Shown one piece after another: positions 1 to 12,944 of a DNA stretch of 64,000 nt. Where the stretch lies: assembly GCA_038496445.1 (NCBI GenBank), contig JALMLS010000277.1, positions 248,001 to 312,000 on the forward strand, read 5' to 3'. The position numbers and the translations under genes were made by a program. The first letter of the stretch is position 1; each line of letters opens with the position of its first letter. The DNA is from Trichosphaerium sp. ATCC 40318 (Eukaryota; Protista; Tubulinea). A model generated the notes under the pieces. The model was given only the letters and a program-made list of their open reading frames with translations. It was not told the origin of the DNA and made no database searches.

Positions 1-2205
1 CCTAATTGATATAACTAGCGATATGCTATCGACTTTTGGGACGATGGGATGAAGCACTTCGTGATTATGGAACAACAATAAAAATTAGGTGCAATTAGCT
101 GACTTCAACTTGAATTTAACTTAGTTTTTAGACCTGAGAGTGCTGTAGCGTATAATGGACAGGGAGAAGTATTTCTCAAAATTAATAAACCAAAGGAATG
201 TATAGAAAGCTGCACACGAGCTATACTCATTGGTGGTAACACATTCTATGAACCATTCAAGAACAGGTACTAGTGCTTTTTTTAGATTTTCTTCAGCTCT
301 CTGTACTTACTTTCAGATCTCTTGCGTATGCTCGCTTAAAACAATACGTAAATTCAGATGCGGACGAATACATAGCAGACAAATTATACTCACCAGAGTC
401 ATGCCCTGGAGCCTCAAAAGATTTTCATGTGAGGTACAAAAAAGAGAAGAAGAACTTTTCGAGATTAATGCTCATCAGATACTTTGATTGTTTTGTACAT
501 TTTAGACCTGAAAGAACGGTCATTGATCCGTATGAGTGTGCTGCCGAAGGAAATATAAAAGATATCGGCGCTTGGCTTATAAGCGCTCATGGTGGAAATG
601 TAGACGATGGAAATCAAGAGGATAATTGCAATACACTTCTTTACATTGCTAGTCGTCACAATCAAGCCAAAGTTGTAAAATTTTTGGCACGTGTTTAATG
701 TTCAGTACGGGTTTTTTAACAGTATTTAACGAACCGTTTAGTTAGAGAATGGAGCAGATGTAAATTTAGTACAAAGTCATGGATCAACACCTCTCCATGC
801 AGCTTCTTTGGGAGGTCATAAAGAAGTGATTAAATTATTGTTAGATAATGGCGCTCTTTTTCTTCGCAATAAATTAGGAGAACTTCCCAGCTGTTGTGAT
901 GACACCAATACATCCACTTTCAACCCTGTATGTAGCCTTAAAAGGGCGGTAGTATTGGCTAAAACGTAAATTGTTTTAGGTAGAAGATGGCTCAGAGACA
1001 ACTTTATCTTGGGTTGTTCCAAAGTCTATCACTGAGGAAATGAAGAAACGCTGTGACTCTAATTCCAATTGTCCACTAGAGTATAATATTAATTTGATTG
1101 ATATGGGCATGAATGAGCGTAGGAATATGGTTGAGTGCGAACAAAGACAAACATCTTCCTTAAATTGTGGTTGACTGAGTAAGCTAGGGAATGCTTCACC
1201 AAATACATGTCAGCTGCTGTAAAAAAAACTTTCAAGTAAGCTAACACATGCAACCTAATCTTTTTTGATATTCAATAATTACAGAATTGAACGCATTGAT
1301 GTTATTCACAACAACCAACAAAAACTTCGGTTCGAAGGACAGGTAAGGATATAGCAAACTGCTCTTTTAAACTCAAACACATTTTTCCCTCACTCACCAG
1401 TTTCCAGATGCAAACCTTGGCAATTCGACTTCAAAAAAACAAACCTGATAAGGACTCTATAAGTAATGATATAGATAGAAATACTACATACACTAGATTA
1501 CTCGATTGTGAGCCTTCAGAGTATAAAGGAGTAAAGATATATCCCGTACAAAATTTTCTTCAACTTAGAGCAAAAGCACTTTTGCAGCTGAACTCATTTC
1601 CCTTTAGCTATGGTATTCCATATCACCCGACAGTTATAAGGGAATTTGTAAATATGGATTCAGTACGTTGTGCATGAAGTAAATACAGAAGAAAACAAGA
1701 ACTCATATTTTCTTGAAAGGTAAACAAACGTGTCCTCCATTTCGTGAAGGATTCATGGGGAATGGATATTATGGATCAATTCAAGCAAGCCATGCTGTAA
1801 ATATAAATAATACAGGTGTGCTGATTCTTGGATTCACATGCTTTGGAAATATTTTTCCTGCACTTGCTGGAGGTAAGTTTGTTGACTGGTTTTTTTATTT
1901 TGTTATGATACTTAATCTTCGTTTTTTCAGATGTACCTAAGTTGATGGGTAAGAATAATTATAATATGTATGATGGTGTCATATCCACAGTAGCTGAGAC
2001 TGGTTTTGGATCTACGCCTACATTCTTACCTGTCAGTGGGGACGTAGAAGATAAGTTTGATGAAACACTAGTTTATCAAGTAAGTGTTTTGTCAATTACA
2101 ATAACAATTTCTTTTCACTTGTTGTATCACGTGTTTAACTTTTTTCCAAACAAGGGTAGCCAAATATTGCCGCTATACGCTGTACATTATACAAGAAATT
2201 TATAG
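1..2205 (+). CDS. TPR + ankyrin repeat + PARP-like ADP-ribosyltransferase domain protein (5' end outside window, multi-exon)
   Basis: Spliced translation gives TPR-like ICYRLLGRWDEALRDYGTTIKIRPESAVAYNGQGEVF and ankyrin NTLLYIASRHNQAKVVKFL|LENGADVNLVQSHGSTPLHAASLGGHKEVIKLLLDNGA. These are followed by VKIYP|LWYSISPDSYKGICKYGF...GFMGNGYYG...FDETLVYQ|GSQILPLYAVHY* (PARP-type motif spacing). Stop TAG at 2203-2205. Confidence 0.75.
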
Positions 2206-2957
2206 CATACGACTAAAAATATTAAATGTAAAAAAGCAAAACAAAAAAAAAAGGGTAATGTACATTGACAGTTTACTTCTTCACTCATACCACCCAAAAT
2301 TGACTTGACTACAATGAACCCATCTTATACCATTTAAAAAGGGCATTCTTGCGTCCTGGTATAACTACATTTGTTATTGCAGAACTAGAAGCAAGGAAAA
2401 GACCTTAAATTTTCGTGAGTTTTCATTAAACTTCCTTAACTAAGCGTTCTGTGTTACCAATTTTATCGAAAAAGAGCCCCAAAGTACCATGCTACGCTTA
2501 GTAGAACAGGCCCAGGCTTTTAACATAAGTAAAAGGCCACTAGAATTTTGTTTTGGGTTTAACCCGTTTGTCCATCCTGCAATACGAATATACAAGCGAA
2601 CGAGACCTTTCTGAATGAATGTTAGGCAACGGAAAAGGCTGCATGGCACATTTTCACCAAAAAGTTTTGCTGTAGTGAAACTCCCCCGAAAGGTTCAACA
2701 CGTAATCATTTCCCTTTTACGTAGTTACGCCTCTGTTCCAGTAGCAAGCTAATCCAGAAAAATTCCTTTTTAGGTAAAATGTGCCACTAGCGAATTGTTT
2801 TCACTTCGGGTTCTACCCGCTTGCATAAAGAAGCCTTGCACCGTTCAAGATGTTGGATGTGCTTAGTCAAAGAGCGCTAGAGTTCAAATAGGACTATTGC
2901 CTAAATAGGAAATGGGTGTTTTACCCTGATCTACATAATTCTGCAATCACCAAACAA

Positions 2958-3767
2958 ATGACAACTCTTGAGCTTGAAAGTCAAGCAACTGAAGGAAGTT
3001 ATGGTACACCATATAATCACATCTAAGTAACCTTGTATTGAATGATTTTATACAGCTCAGTTCGACAACACAGGTGCAATAGTAAAAAAGAAAAACTCAA
3101 GCAAAAAAAAAAGTTTGTCTTGCTTCCTTTTTGTTTCAATGGGCCTGTTCGCTTCAAGATTGGTTTGGTGTATCGTCCTTACCGTTTTCATTACTGTACG
3201 CTTATGATTTTTGTTCACAAAACCTCTTTATACTTACACAAGCCACGTTAATCTTTTTCTCTGAACAGCCGTTTTGACTTTTTGCAGATGATTTGGCAAG
3301 TTGATCAAACAATTAAATACAGGGAAATACTAGTAATATTGGTAAGCATCCAAGCAAATATAGTGTTTTGAACATAACATATGTTACATCACATGAAAAC
3401 AAAAACTCATGACAGTTTTTTTTTCATTTCATTAGTAGTGACAATATTGTAGTTTTCCGCAGCTCTCAGTTGGCAAATATGTTTCTCTGTTTTAGAAATT
3501 ATAGCTATTGGTGTGAATTTGCTATGCTTAAAAAGATTCCACTTGTACGCTGCTATTCTAGAAGGATTGTACATTGCACAAATACCAATGTTATGGGGCA
3601 GCTTTGTTTTGGTAACACTCTTGTGGGCAGTCAGTGTTGTACAGTGGCCAATAGTTCTTGTGGTTGGAATACAGCCGTTATTCGTAATACCTGAGTATCT
3701 TATTGTTCTTTTCATGGAGAATAGAGATAAAAAAGGATGTTTCTGTTGTGGATACATGGTAAATTAA
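2958..3767 (+). CDS. Small hydrophobic multi-pass membrane protein, unknown function
   Basis: ATG at 2958 followed by a GTAC donor. Last exon is strongly hydrophobic (LYAAILEGLYIAQIPMLWGSFVLVTLLWAVSVVQWPIVLVVGIQPLFVIPEYLIVLF) with a CFCCG tail. Internal exon structure is uncertain. Confidence 0.4.
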
Positions 3768-4041
3768 AGTACTACTTTGACAAAGTTGGAAAAAATATTA
3801 GCCGATTTCATGTATATAATTATAGATAATTAGACACAAGGTGTATTTGTTCTTTGTCCATGTGCAAGTCTTAATATTGTACAATATGACCTGTTCCGAT
3901 AATGATACTCGAACGGGCCAAAATCGCTTTCTAGACAACACAAGAAACTGTTGAAAACTATTGACAGTGCCAGTATTTTTTCTCATTGCAGCAATAACGA
4001 ATCGCCAGCTAGTTAGTCATAATTCTAAGAATTGCATAATG

Positions 4042-4059
4042 AGGGGGCACGTGCCCCCT
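4042..4059. repeat. Perfect 18-bp GC-rich palindrome AGGGGGCACGTGCCCCCT centred on CACGTG
   Basis: Read directly; lies in AT-rich intergenic DNA. Confidence 0.85.
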
Positions 4060-4682
4060 TAAACATTAATAATCGCGATATATAATGCTACTGAGGCGAG
4101 TAAAAATGCCTCAAAAATATCCTGTTGACAATTAACTTACTAATCCTAAGTATTCGTCTATCTCTGTATATATTTGCATGCAGTCTATGGACAAGTTGCC
4201 TTATTATTAACGACAACTTGTTGAGTTGATGGTCCAAAAACAGATAGTGTGTATTAAATTATCTGTGCAATCAGAGTCACAGTCGCCCTCCATATGATCA
4301 AATGTTACCATAGCACACCAAACAACCTATTTTTACGAATTTTGCAACGTGATAGTATGCACCTGACGATTCTGAAGCAGCCCTCCACAAAATCAATGGC
4401 ATCGTCGGTCATATCATCAGTAAATCCCGTCGACAAACCACTTGGTATTTAACTTTGACAACTCTTGCAATCTTTGACAGAAATCCTCTTACATAAGGTT
4501 CATTACTATTGTTGTTGATATTGCTCAGAAAAAGTTACAAGGATCTGTTCCCTATAACGAATCACCTAGCTTCAATACAACCATATGCATATAATCACTT
4601 TAGAGTCACTAGAAGTAAAATACAAAGTAACTTTTATTAATGTACACCCACAGTTCAATTAAAAAACCAAACTAGATTATCT

Positions 4683-6035
4683 TCATTTGCGTAGTTTTGT
4701 GCCTCTACTCCGACGCCTTAACCATCTTAATTTTAAGCAATCGCTAGCACTTGGTCTTCTATCAGGTTCTACACAAAGAACAGTCTTTAAAAATCTAATT
4801 TCACTCTTGGATAACGTGTTATAGTGCATAAAGTCCAATGCTCCTCGGGCGAGAACAATTCTCATTTTTTCCTCAATTTCTTCTCCTTTCCTGGCTAACA
4901 ACTCAACAGGACGTCGTCCTGTTAGTAGTGTATGCAAAACTATACCTACTGACCAAATGTCATAACGTTCATTATAACTCCGTGTACCAACGAAGCACTC
5001 TGGAGGCATGTACTAGCGAAAAAAAATCAGACTCCACAGAAATCGTAATCAGTTATTCTGAAAATAAAGTTTTCGTACCTCAATCGTTCCACTTACGCGT
5101 CTACTACCCGCTTCAGCTTGTTTTATACGTTTTACAAACCCAAAATCAGCTACCTTTACTGTGGAGCCACAAAGAAGTACATTTGCTGCAGAAAAAGTTA
5201 GGCGAAAGTAATAATCTAACAAAGGTGCTTACACAGCTTGATATCTCGATGTATAAATCCTAAAGCATGGATTTGAATTAAAGCTTGAAGTACTTGTTCA
5301 ATAATGCTAAAAGGAGTTAACATGACGTATCGCGCTATAACGGTATAATAGGGCGTTTTGGACTGCAAAATAGGCAGAACTCCAGAAGCAAAACAAGCCT
5401 GTACTGATCACGTTTTACGCATTTATCGCGTGTAATACGGACGTCGTAAACAGTATGCGATGAATGGTAAGACTCTGATGAGTTGGAAGCGAATTGTAGT
5501 AAAAAGCAAACACGTGCGACGTAGCGCCATAACGTGCCTTTTTATTAACCTAGGCCTTTTCCGTCCCACACAGGAACGCATAAGAGCGTGTAGATCACAA
5601 TCTGCATGCTCCAATACCAATACTTTGCTACCTATATACTAGTAAACAAGATAGATCTCTACCGATAAGAGTGAACTGGTAAAAGTTAATTGTTTGCTCC
5701 TGCCGTTTTGTTATTTTTTTGGTTATTTTTTTTGGGTCGGGACTTTGTTTTCTTGTTCCACAGGTACCTTTATGCTCATAAACGCCATAAAGATGAAGAA
5801 TGTTTGGATGATCAAATAGTTTTTGAACGCCTATTTCTCTTTGTATTATTTTATGGTACTGCTTAAAATAATCGCGTTGTATGTATTTTAATGCCACTCG
5901 GGTCTGATGTCTTAATTTTCCGACATAAACTTTTGCTGTTCTCCCTCTTCCCAAAAGCTTTCCCTTTTTATATTTTCTATGTTGTTTAACGTTATCGAGG
6001 GTTTTTATCGTCTCTGGAAGGTTTTGTGCGTCCAT
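4683..6035 (-). CDS. Ser/Thr protein kinase, Aurora-like
   Basis: LGRGRTAKVY, VALKYI, QREIGVQKLFDHPNILHLYG, HRDIKLSNVLL, ADFG, GTIE|YMPPE, DIWSVG, PDRRPSA across spliced exons. Confidence 0.85.
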
Positions 6036-6591
6036 TTATATGTTTACAGGCTTCCTATGGTGTTCATGAATAGTACGTGACAGGTTGCAAATAGAATATG
6101 TGAGGATTCGTTAAGGATTTAGACAAGGAAAGCTAACCAAAAAAAAACCGGGTGAAATCGAACCTTGTTTGAGCCGCACACGTGGTCCAAACGCAACAAG
6201 CTCGGCGTAAATGAAGTGACTTATAGGTAGTCTAGCGATAGTTTACGCAATACACGCAACACTTATAGCGTTAGCAGCGAGCTCATCGCCACAAAGTGGA
6301 AATTTCTAACTACACTTTCCGGCTATGGTAGAGATACAGAAAAGGAATTACTTGACGTACTTGACGTATTTTGCGTCGTGACAATAAGAAATCGGGATGA
6401 GAGTAATAAAGAAGCTTTGATGTACAGCCAAATACCTGCAGGATGACATGGTGGAATGTCGCTGTATTGACACAGCGTCACGTTGTAAATTAGGTGTCCG
6501 AAATGCGCATGTTTTGGTTGAATGGCGTTTTAAGTGACTTTTGTTTGACCTTGTTTTCGCGGCTTGTATAACATCACAATCAGCAAGTGAG

Positions 6592-8869
6592 ATGTCTGGC
6601 ACGGAGGTAAGCAAGCTTACGCTTTCAAAGACACGGTTAATTCTCATTTCAAAAATTAGCAAGAAGTAAAAGCCACAGATGATACAGAACAAGTAACAGA
6701 TGCTGAAAACGGAAAGGGCGAAGAATATTCTCCGAGCAAACCAAGCGAAGCCAAAAGTGACGCCAAAAGCGAACCAGAAGTAGCCAAAGAAACTGATGAT
6801 GCTAATGAGAAAGATTCTGAAGCTTCCACACCAACTGAAACAACAGAAGCAACAAAAGCTGCTAAAAGTGACACTCAGGAAACCGCATCTGCACAGCAAA
6901 CAACTGAACAAGCATACGACGCCAAAGTGTCAAGCGAAGCACCCCAATCACAAACTACCACCAATGCGCCAGGTAAGCTTATTTATCACCACGACGCCAT
7001 ACCAGCAAATGATATGCATTCACTTTCACGCCTAAGACAATAACTCTAGATGCAAATGCTCAAACAGCGAATCCACTCGTCTATAACCCTGCTAACGCTA
7101 CTGGGACAGGTGTTATTGGAACAGGTGTAATTGAAACAACACAGGCCCAACCAGTGCTATACCACCCGCCACAAGCTGCAGCTCCCGTCCGTGTGGACCC
7201 TAAAACATTTAACATTTTTGTGGGTGATTTAGAGTACAATGTAACAGACGCAGACGTCAGAGCAGTACGTTTAGTGCAGAAGTTTTGAAAAAAAAATGCA
7301 AAAAAAAAACCGCTTGCCAATTTTACTCAAAATGCTTCTCCTATTAGGTTTTCGCTGGATGTGGTGATATTTATAAAATAAACGTTATAACAGACAGACA
7401 AAGCGGGTTTTGTAAAGGTTACGCTTTTGTCCATTTTATACATCATGATTCACAGCAACGTGCTCTTTTACAACCATATAATGGTGCAATGATTAGAGGA
7501 AGACCATGTAAAGTAAGTTTGGACGAAATAACGTAGAAATACGGCCGTATTAATTTGGTTTCTTATCGATAGGTCAAACCTTCTGAGCAGAAGCGTGTTA
7601 TTTTTGTAAGCAACCTTCCTTTGGAAGCTCCTGATGCAGAAGTTATACAAGCACTCAGAGATTATATACAGCACCTATGTCCTAACTTTCAAACAGAAAT
7701 TAAGAAATACAGTACGACACCACAAACAAACCAACTTTTGATTTGACACCTGTCACATTTTGTTCGTTTGGTTTTTTTTTTTATCAAATTTCTGTTTCAA
7801 AGAAAAATCTTATTGTTGTTATAGCACCTAATGGACTATCACGTGGATTTGGTTTTGTCACATTCCCTTCATATGAAACAGCAGATGCATGTAAGAAAGT
7901 TTTAAGCAAAGGTTTAGTGCGAGGGCGTCAATTGAAAGTCTCTTGGGCGGAAACACAATATGTTGAAGATCTAAGTTTATTGAAAAATGTTAAAACTATT
8001 CTCATCAGTGGCTTGTCTCCTTGCGTTAACTTAAATATGCTTACGTACGTTCACAAACGTTTGTACATATCTAATAAGCCAAAGATCATTGTTTCAGCAG
8101 TTTGGACCAGTTGCTAAAGCAAGTATAATCTCAGGCCCAACAGGAGCATCAACAGGTAAAAAAATTTTGAGCTTTCAGGAAGATTAGATTCCCTCGTGCT
8201 TATTATTTTAATGCAGGTTATGGATTTGTTGAGTTTGGTAATAGAGTTGCTTGTGTATCTGCTATGAAGTGCATGCACGAAGAAACATTTTGTGGTCAGA
8301 AGTTGAATATAGTTCTGGCTAAGCCACCTCCAGAAGAAGCTGCTCCAAAACCACAACGTACAGGTGGTTGGGGTGGACATGGTGGTTATGGTAACCAGGT
8401 AGGATTTTATCATTGGTATGTTATCGCTTGTACACTCACTTCTACTGTAGTGGCAGAGCGGTCAAAACTACGGAGGCTACTCACAATGGGGCAACTATGT
8501 ACACCTTCAATTTAAACAACGTTTTTCTTACTTTGTATTAGAACTATAACCAAGGATATAACCAGCAAGGTTATAATCAACAAGGTTACGGACAGCAGTC
8601 GGGATATAGTGGCCAGCAAGGATATGATCCTCAGGCATATGCGCAACAATACGCTCAACAATACAACCAACAATATTACAGTCAACAAGCTGGTTATGGT
8701 CAAGCAGCGCGAAGGTATAGACTCCTTGTTTCAATATGTTCTCTAACGATGACATAGTGGAGCCACTGGTTCGAACGCATATGGCGCTGGTAGCTATGGA
8801 CAAAGACAACAAGGACAAGGACAGCAAGGCGCATACAAAGGACAACAACAACAATATAGACGACAATAA
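6592..8869 (+). CDS. Three-RRM RNA-binding protein, hnRNP R/Q (SYNCRIP)-like, with acidic N-terminus and G/Q/Y-rich low-complexity C-terminus
   Basis: RNP motifs [28 protein letters not shown] and [16 protein letters not shown]...VLAKPP. Tail of [10 protein letters not shown] repeats ending YRRQ* at 8869. Confidence 0.8.
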
Positions 8870-9733
8870 GGTACTTTTAACTTAGAGATTTTTATTTTTT
8901 TGTTTTTAATTTCTTTTTTTGAATTCCAGTTTCCCCCACTAGCCCTGGCTTTAATAATAAGCAAACGTGATATGATTATGCACGCAACCCCATATCTCCC
9001 ACTCTCATAATCCTATACTACTATGATTATTGTTTTGCTTTGTTATTTGATGAACTTATTGATGCCTTCTTGCTTTGTGTGTGGTTTTTTGAACACACTT
9101 TGTTTCGATAATTTTGGGATTTCAACCTTTATAAAATTCTCAGAATTTATTGTTTCCTCTTATCTTCTTCTTTGTTTATTTGTTGTACTTTGATTACTAC
9201 TATTTCTATTCTTATTCTTAAACCATTTTTGAGTACTTTCATTCGTTCTTGCATGCTCTCGCACCAAGATGAATAAAAAAGGTTGACAAAAATGGAAAAA
9301 GCGCCATTCACGGATGACAGATAGGTATTTTGGCAGTTTTCTTTTTGAATATTTGTGCTTATATATACTGCTACTAACACTGTAGATACTAACCATAACG
9401 GGTACATGAGAATCCACTGCTACTAACCCAAACAAAAAAAAAACCTAAAGAACACATCATTGTTGTTAACTTGTAATTCGCTGCTTGTGTCAAAACAATA
9501 TATCAGTACGGTACAACCACCTGGACGGTACAACCTAAACCCTGGGTTTTTTTAAGAGGTTTTACTTTTTCTTGGTTTTCTGTCTTTGTATTTTTTTGAT
9601 GTTGTACTCGGTTCATGCACCGTTTTGTGTAATAAAATAAAATAAAAACGCTTGAAACGCAAGGACCGCCACCGCATTTAGTTTTGCTCAATATTAGAAT
9701 TTCCGGTTTATTACCAGCACTTGTGATGCAATA

Positions 9734-12562
9734 ATGTCCAGGGTAGGCGTTTATGCCATTTTTTAAGTTATGGGTTTCTTATATTCGATGCTAATCTATT
9801 CAACTAGTCGACATTTGGTGGTTCTAGCCGTAACAGTGCTTATGATTCTTCTTCGTGGACAGTATCATCTATGTCTGATTCAAGTTCAAGCTACGCGTCT
9901 TTGTCGCCTAGAGGACCTGCAGGAGAAGAAACAAGCGGTTCTGCTATTGTCCGGCAGTTGTACAAACTAAATGTAAACTCTTCTCCAGCGCAAACAGCGC
10001 CATCAGTAGTACGTATTACTCGAATTCGCTAGTAAGTTCCAAAACTGTAGTTAATCTCATTTTGCCTGAAAAGGTATGGAAAGCGGTCGCAGATCTTATT
10101 GTCACGTATGTACTTATACTCGTATACTATAGCCCATTTTAGGCTAGTTGTCGCTTCATAAACCTTTACTAACTAAAACGAACAGAGGGGACGTAGACTG
10201 GGATGAACAGTTCGGAAACGAAGCTGAAGGAAGCTACATGGTGCCTTTATCAGAGATTGTCGGTTGGTACCTTACTAATTCGTTATTCGACCACAAAACA
10301 GGTATCTACGCCTTTTAAATGATTCCTAAAACGTTACAGGCCACGCAAACTTCTCAGTACTGGACAGGTACGTTAAAAAGGTTTTAGTTGATTCCCACAT
10401 CTAAGCCGCATAAACAAATCACTTATAACTTTGTACCATGTTTAGATTCGCACTCATAAATAAGATAAATATTTTATACGAAGCAAGCGACATGAATGGT
10501 CACCCTTGGTTCCATAAGGTATTCCTCGTTAACACTCCTATCTTTGTTTGAAAGCTCAAACAAAAAATTTCCAATTTGGTTTTTTTTTTCCTTATTTGCT
10601 AATTTGTACTTTGAAAATAGACTGCGTTACAACTTGGTGATAATGCAGTGCCATTCTTGCAACAAATGAAAGAAGCTAAAGTAGATATCTTACGCTTGGA
10701 TGCGCAGGTGAGTCTTTTTTCTTTCTCTTGTTAAAGCGCCTTCGTGACTATGCTCGCTTGCCTATTAACTATGTCTCAAAAGGCATCAACATTGTATTCT
10801 AAAATAAAAAGTGAGGAAGTTCGTGAGATGCTATTTCAAGAGGCATTGAATAGATTAGGTACAAACTTCTTTACGGAGTACAGCTTTTCATGACTTTTGA
10901 AAAAAAAAAAAGCCTTCTTTCCTTTACCATAAACAGTTGGTAAAATAACCGAACATAACAAACATTTTTATTATGTATAATTTATATCATGTACTTATAG
11001 TCTTTCTTTAGTTGTACCAAACGTTTCTTCGATAGAGACGAGCTTAGACCAAGCTAACATGCATTTAACAAAACTAACTGCTGAATTTTCACAATTTAAA
11101 GAACAAACACGAAAAGCACAGGAGGCACTTACACTGCCTTCTAAATACTCTAAACAACCTGTAAAATATACTAGTAGAGTATCTAGACATTCTACACCAC
11201 CTAAAACACCACCAGAGAATAGCTTTAGCAATAGAAGCAAAGAACTTGAAAAACTTAGAAAGCGAAATAGCAGCTTGAAGGATCAAGTCAAAAACTTAAC
11301 ACAAGCACTCCAGACACTACAAGTTACTTCCAGCAGCCAAAGTGACATACCCAGTAACACTATTGGGAACCATGCGCATGATTCTACATCAACAAAGAAT
11401 AGTGTTGTTCCAGCACTAGGGCCGATTAGTTCTCCAAGTGTACCTTCTTTGGTTTAAGTTTGTGCGAACCTGATTTTCTCATTAGCTTCCTTGGACAGTA
11501 GAAGTCGAAGGTGACTTGTATGATGTACATACACCATCAAGTAAGTCTTGGAAGAAGGATAAGCTCAAAGGAAAAGATCCTCAAGCTCAGATAAAGTGGT
11601 ACAAAGGTACGAAGAGGAAATACATCTCCGATTCTATGTACTAATTTTTTTTGTTTGTAGCTCAATTAAAAAAAGCTAATGAAGAGAAACAATCCATAAA
11701 TGTAAAATACGAAGAAGCAATGGATGAGTTGAGCGAGTTACAAACAAAAAAATCGAAAGTGTTAGTCATACGTTTTGTTGAGAATACACTCAATATGAAT
11801 ATATATAATTCTGCTATAAAGAATGGTTGGAATGGTAAAGACCAAGTTACAATTCAAGTAGAAATAGAGAAAGATGTTTTAGTAACATCTTTAAATGCTG
11901 ATGTACCAGCACTTGTTACTGGTAAGCACTTTCCTCAAGGAACAAGTATCAATATTCTCAACAAAGTACGATCGAAAGATTTCGAACAGTTCTTTCAGTT
12001 TTTTCTTACTTTTTTCTTAAGGGTGGTATCATAGGCAGGGGTGGACATGGTGGGTTCAAAGGGAAGGGTGGAAACGGTAAGCTATATGCATATATACATA
12101 CATTATGTAACTCATTAATTAAGGTGGTGATGCTATACGATTAGAGTATCCAGCAAAAATTGTTAACATGGGCGTCATAGCTGGTACGTGTTTTTTTATT
12201 CTTGAACACTAGCACATCTGACAGTATCCAAGCTGGTGGCGGTGGTGGGGCAGGATACACTGGAAAGTATGCTGAATATGGTGGGGGTGGTGGAGCACCG
12301 TATGGTATATCCTCTGCGTTATTAAGCAGGTACACTTTATCTTTATTTTCTTGTGCTTAATCATTGTATTAGGGGTTCTCTGTCAAAGGGCGGTGTTGGA
12401 GCAAACGGACAGAGTGTTGGCGGTGATTGGGGCAAAGAAGGCGATAGTTTTGGCGGCGCTAATGGCGGTTCTCCTGGAAGAGCGATAGTAAAATCGTCCA
12501 ATAATTTAGAGCTTATTCGTTCCCCTGATACACATATTTATGGCGACATAGCAGACACATAA
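9734..12562 (+). CDS. Coiled-coil protein with C-terminal phage gp38/tail-adhesin-like glycine-rich domain
   Basis: About 15 exons join in frame with canonical splice sites. C-terminus: VTSLNADVPALVTGKHFPQGTSINILNK|GGIIGRGGHGGFKGKGGNG|GDAIRLEYPAKIVNMGVIA|AGGGGGAGYTGKYAEYGGGGGAPYG...GGDWGKEG...GGSPGRAIV...IYGDIADT*. Start codon is tentative. Confidence 0.75.
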
Positions 12563-12944
12563 ACTGTTAATATTGTAGAGTAAAAAACCGCTAAACGATG
12601 TAAACTGATATAAGTTTAATGGACATAGACCGTCCTCAAGTCACCGTAATTCTCTTTTTAGCTGTGACAAGAGTCAGAATGTTTGTGGAACTTCTTGTTT
12701 TCACAACGAAATACAATAGGACTCTAACGATGAAGCTCCACTTCGTTGGTTTGTTGTACATGTCAACTACATATCGATTTTTTACGTGTCTTGTACTTGT
12801 CGCTCCTTTGACACGTCAAAAACTTGTAACCTTGCAACAGACGCTCGTGGATAGTAAATGATCCTGACCACGAAGCTGCGACTTTTTTTGTTAAGTTACG
12901 GCTGTCTCGCTTCTTTAAGGTGACAGTATTCACGTTTCACTACC

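Noticed and set aside
6348-6911. 187-aa hydrophobic minus-strand ORF
   Set aside because: Antisense to the acidic N-terminal exon of the RRM gene.
11750-12562. Prophage or bacterial contamination as the source of the gp38-like sequence
   Set aside because: The domain is split by four spliceosomal introns and flanked by eukaryotic genes; no other phage genes are present.
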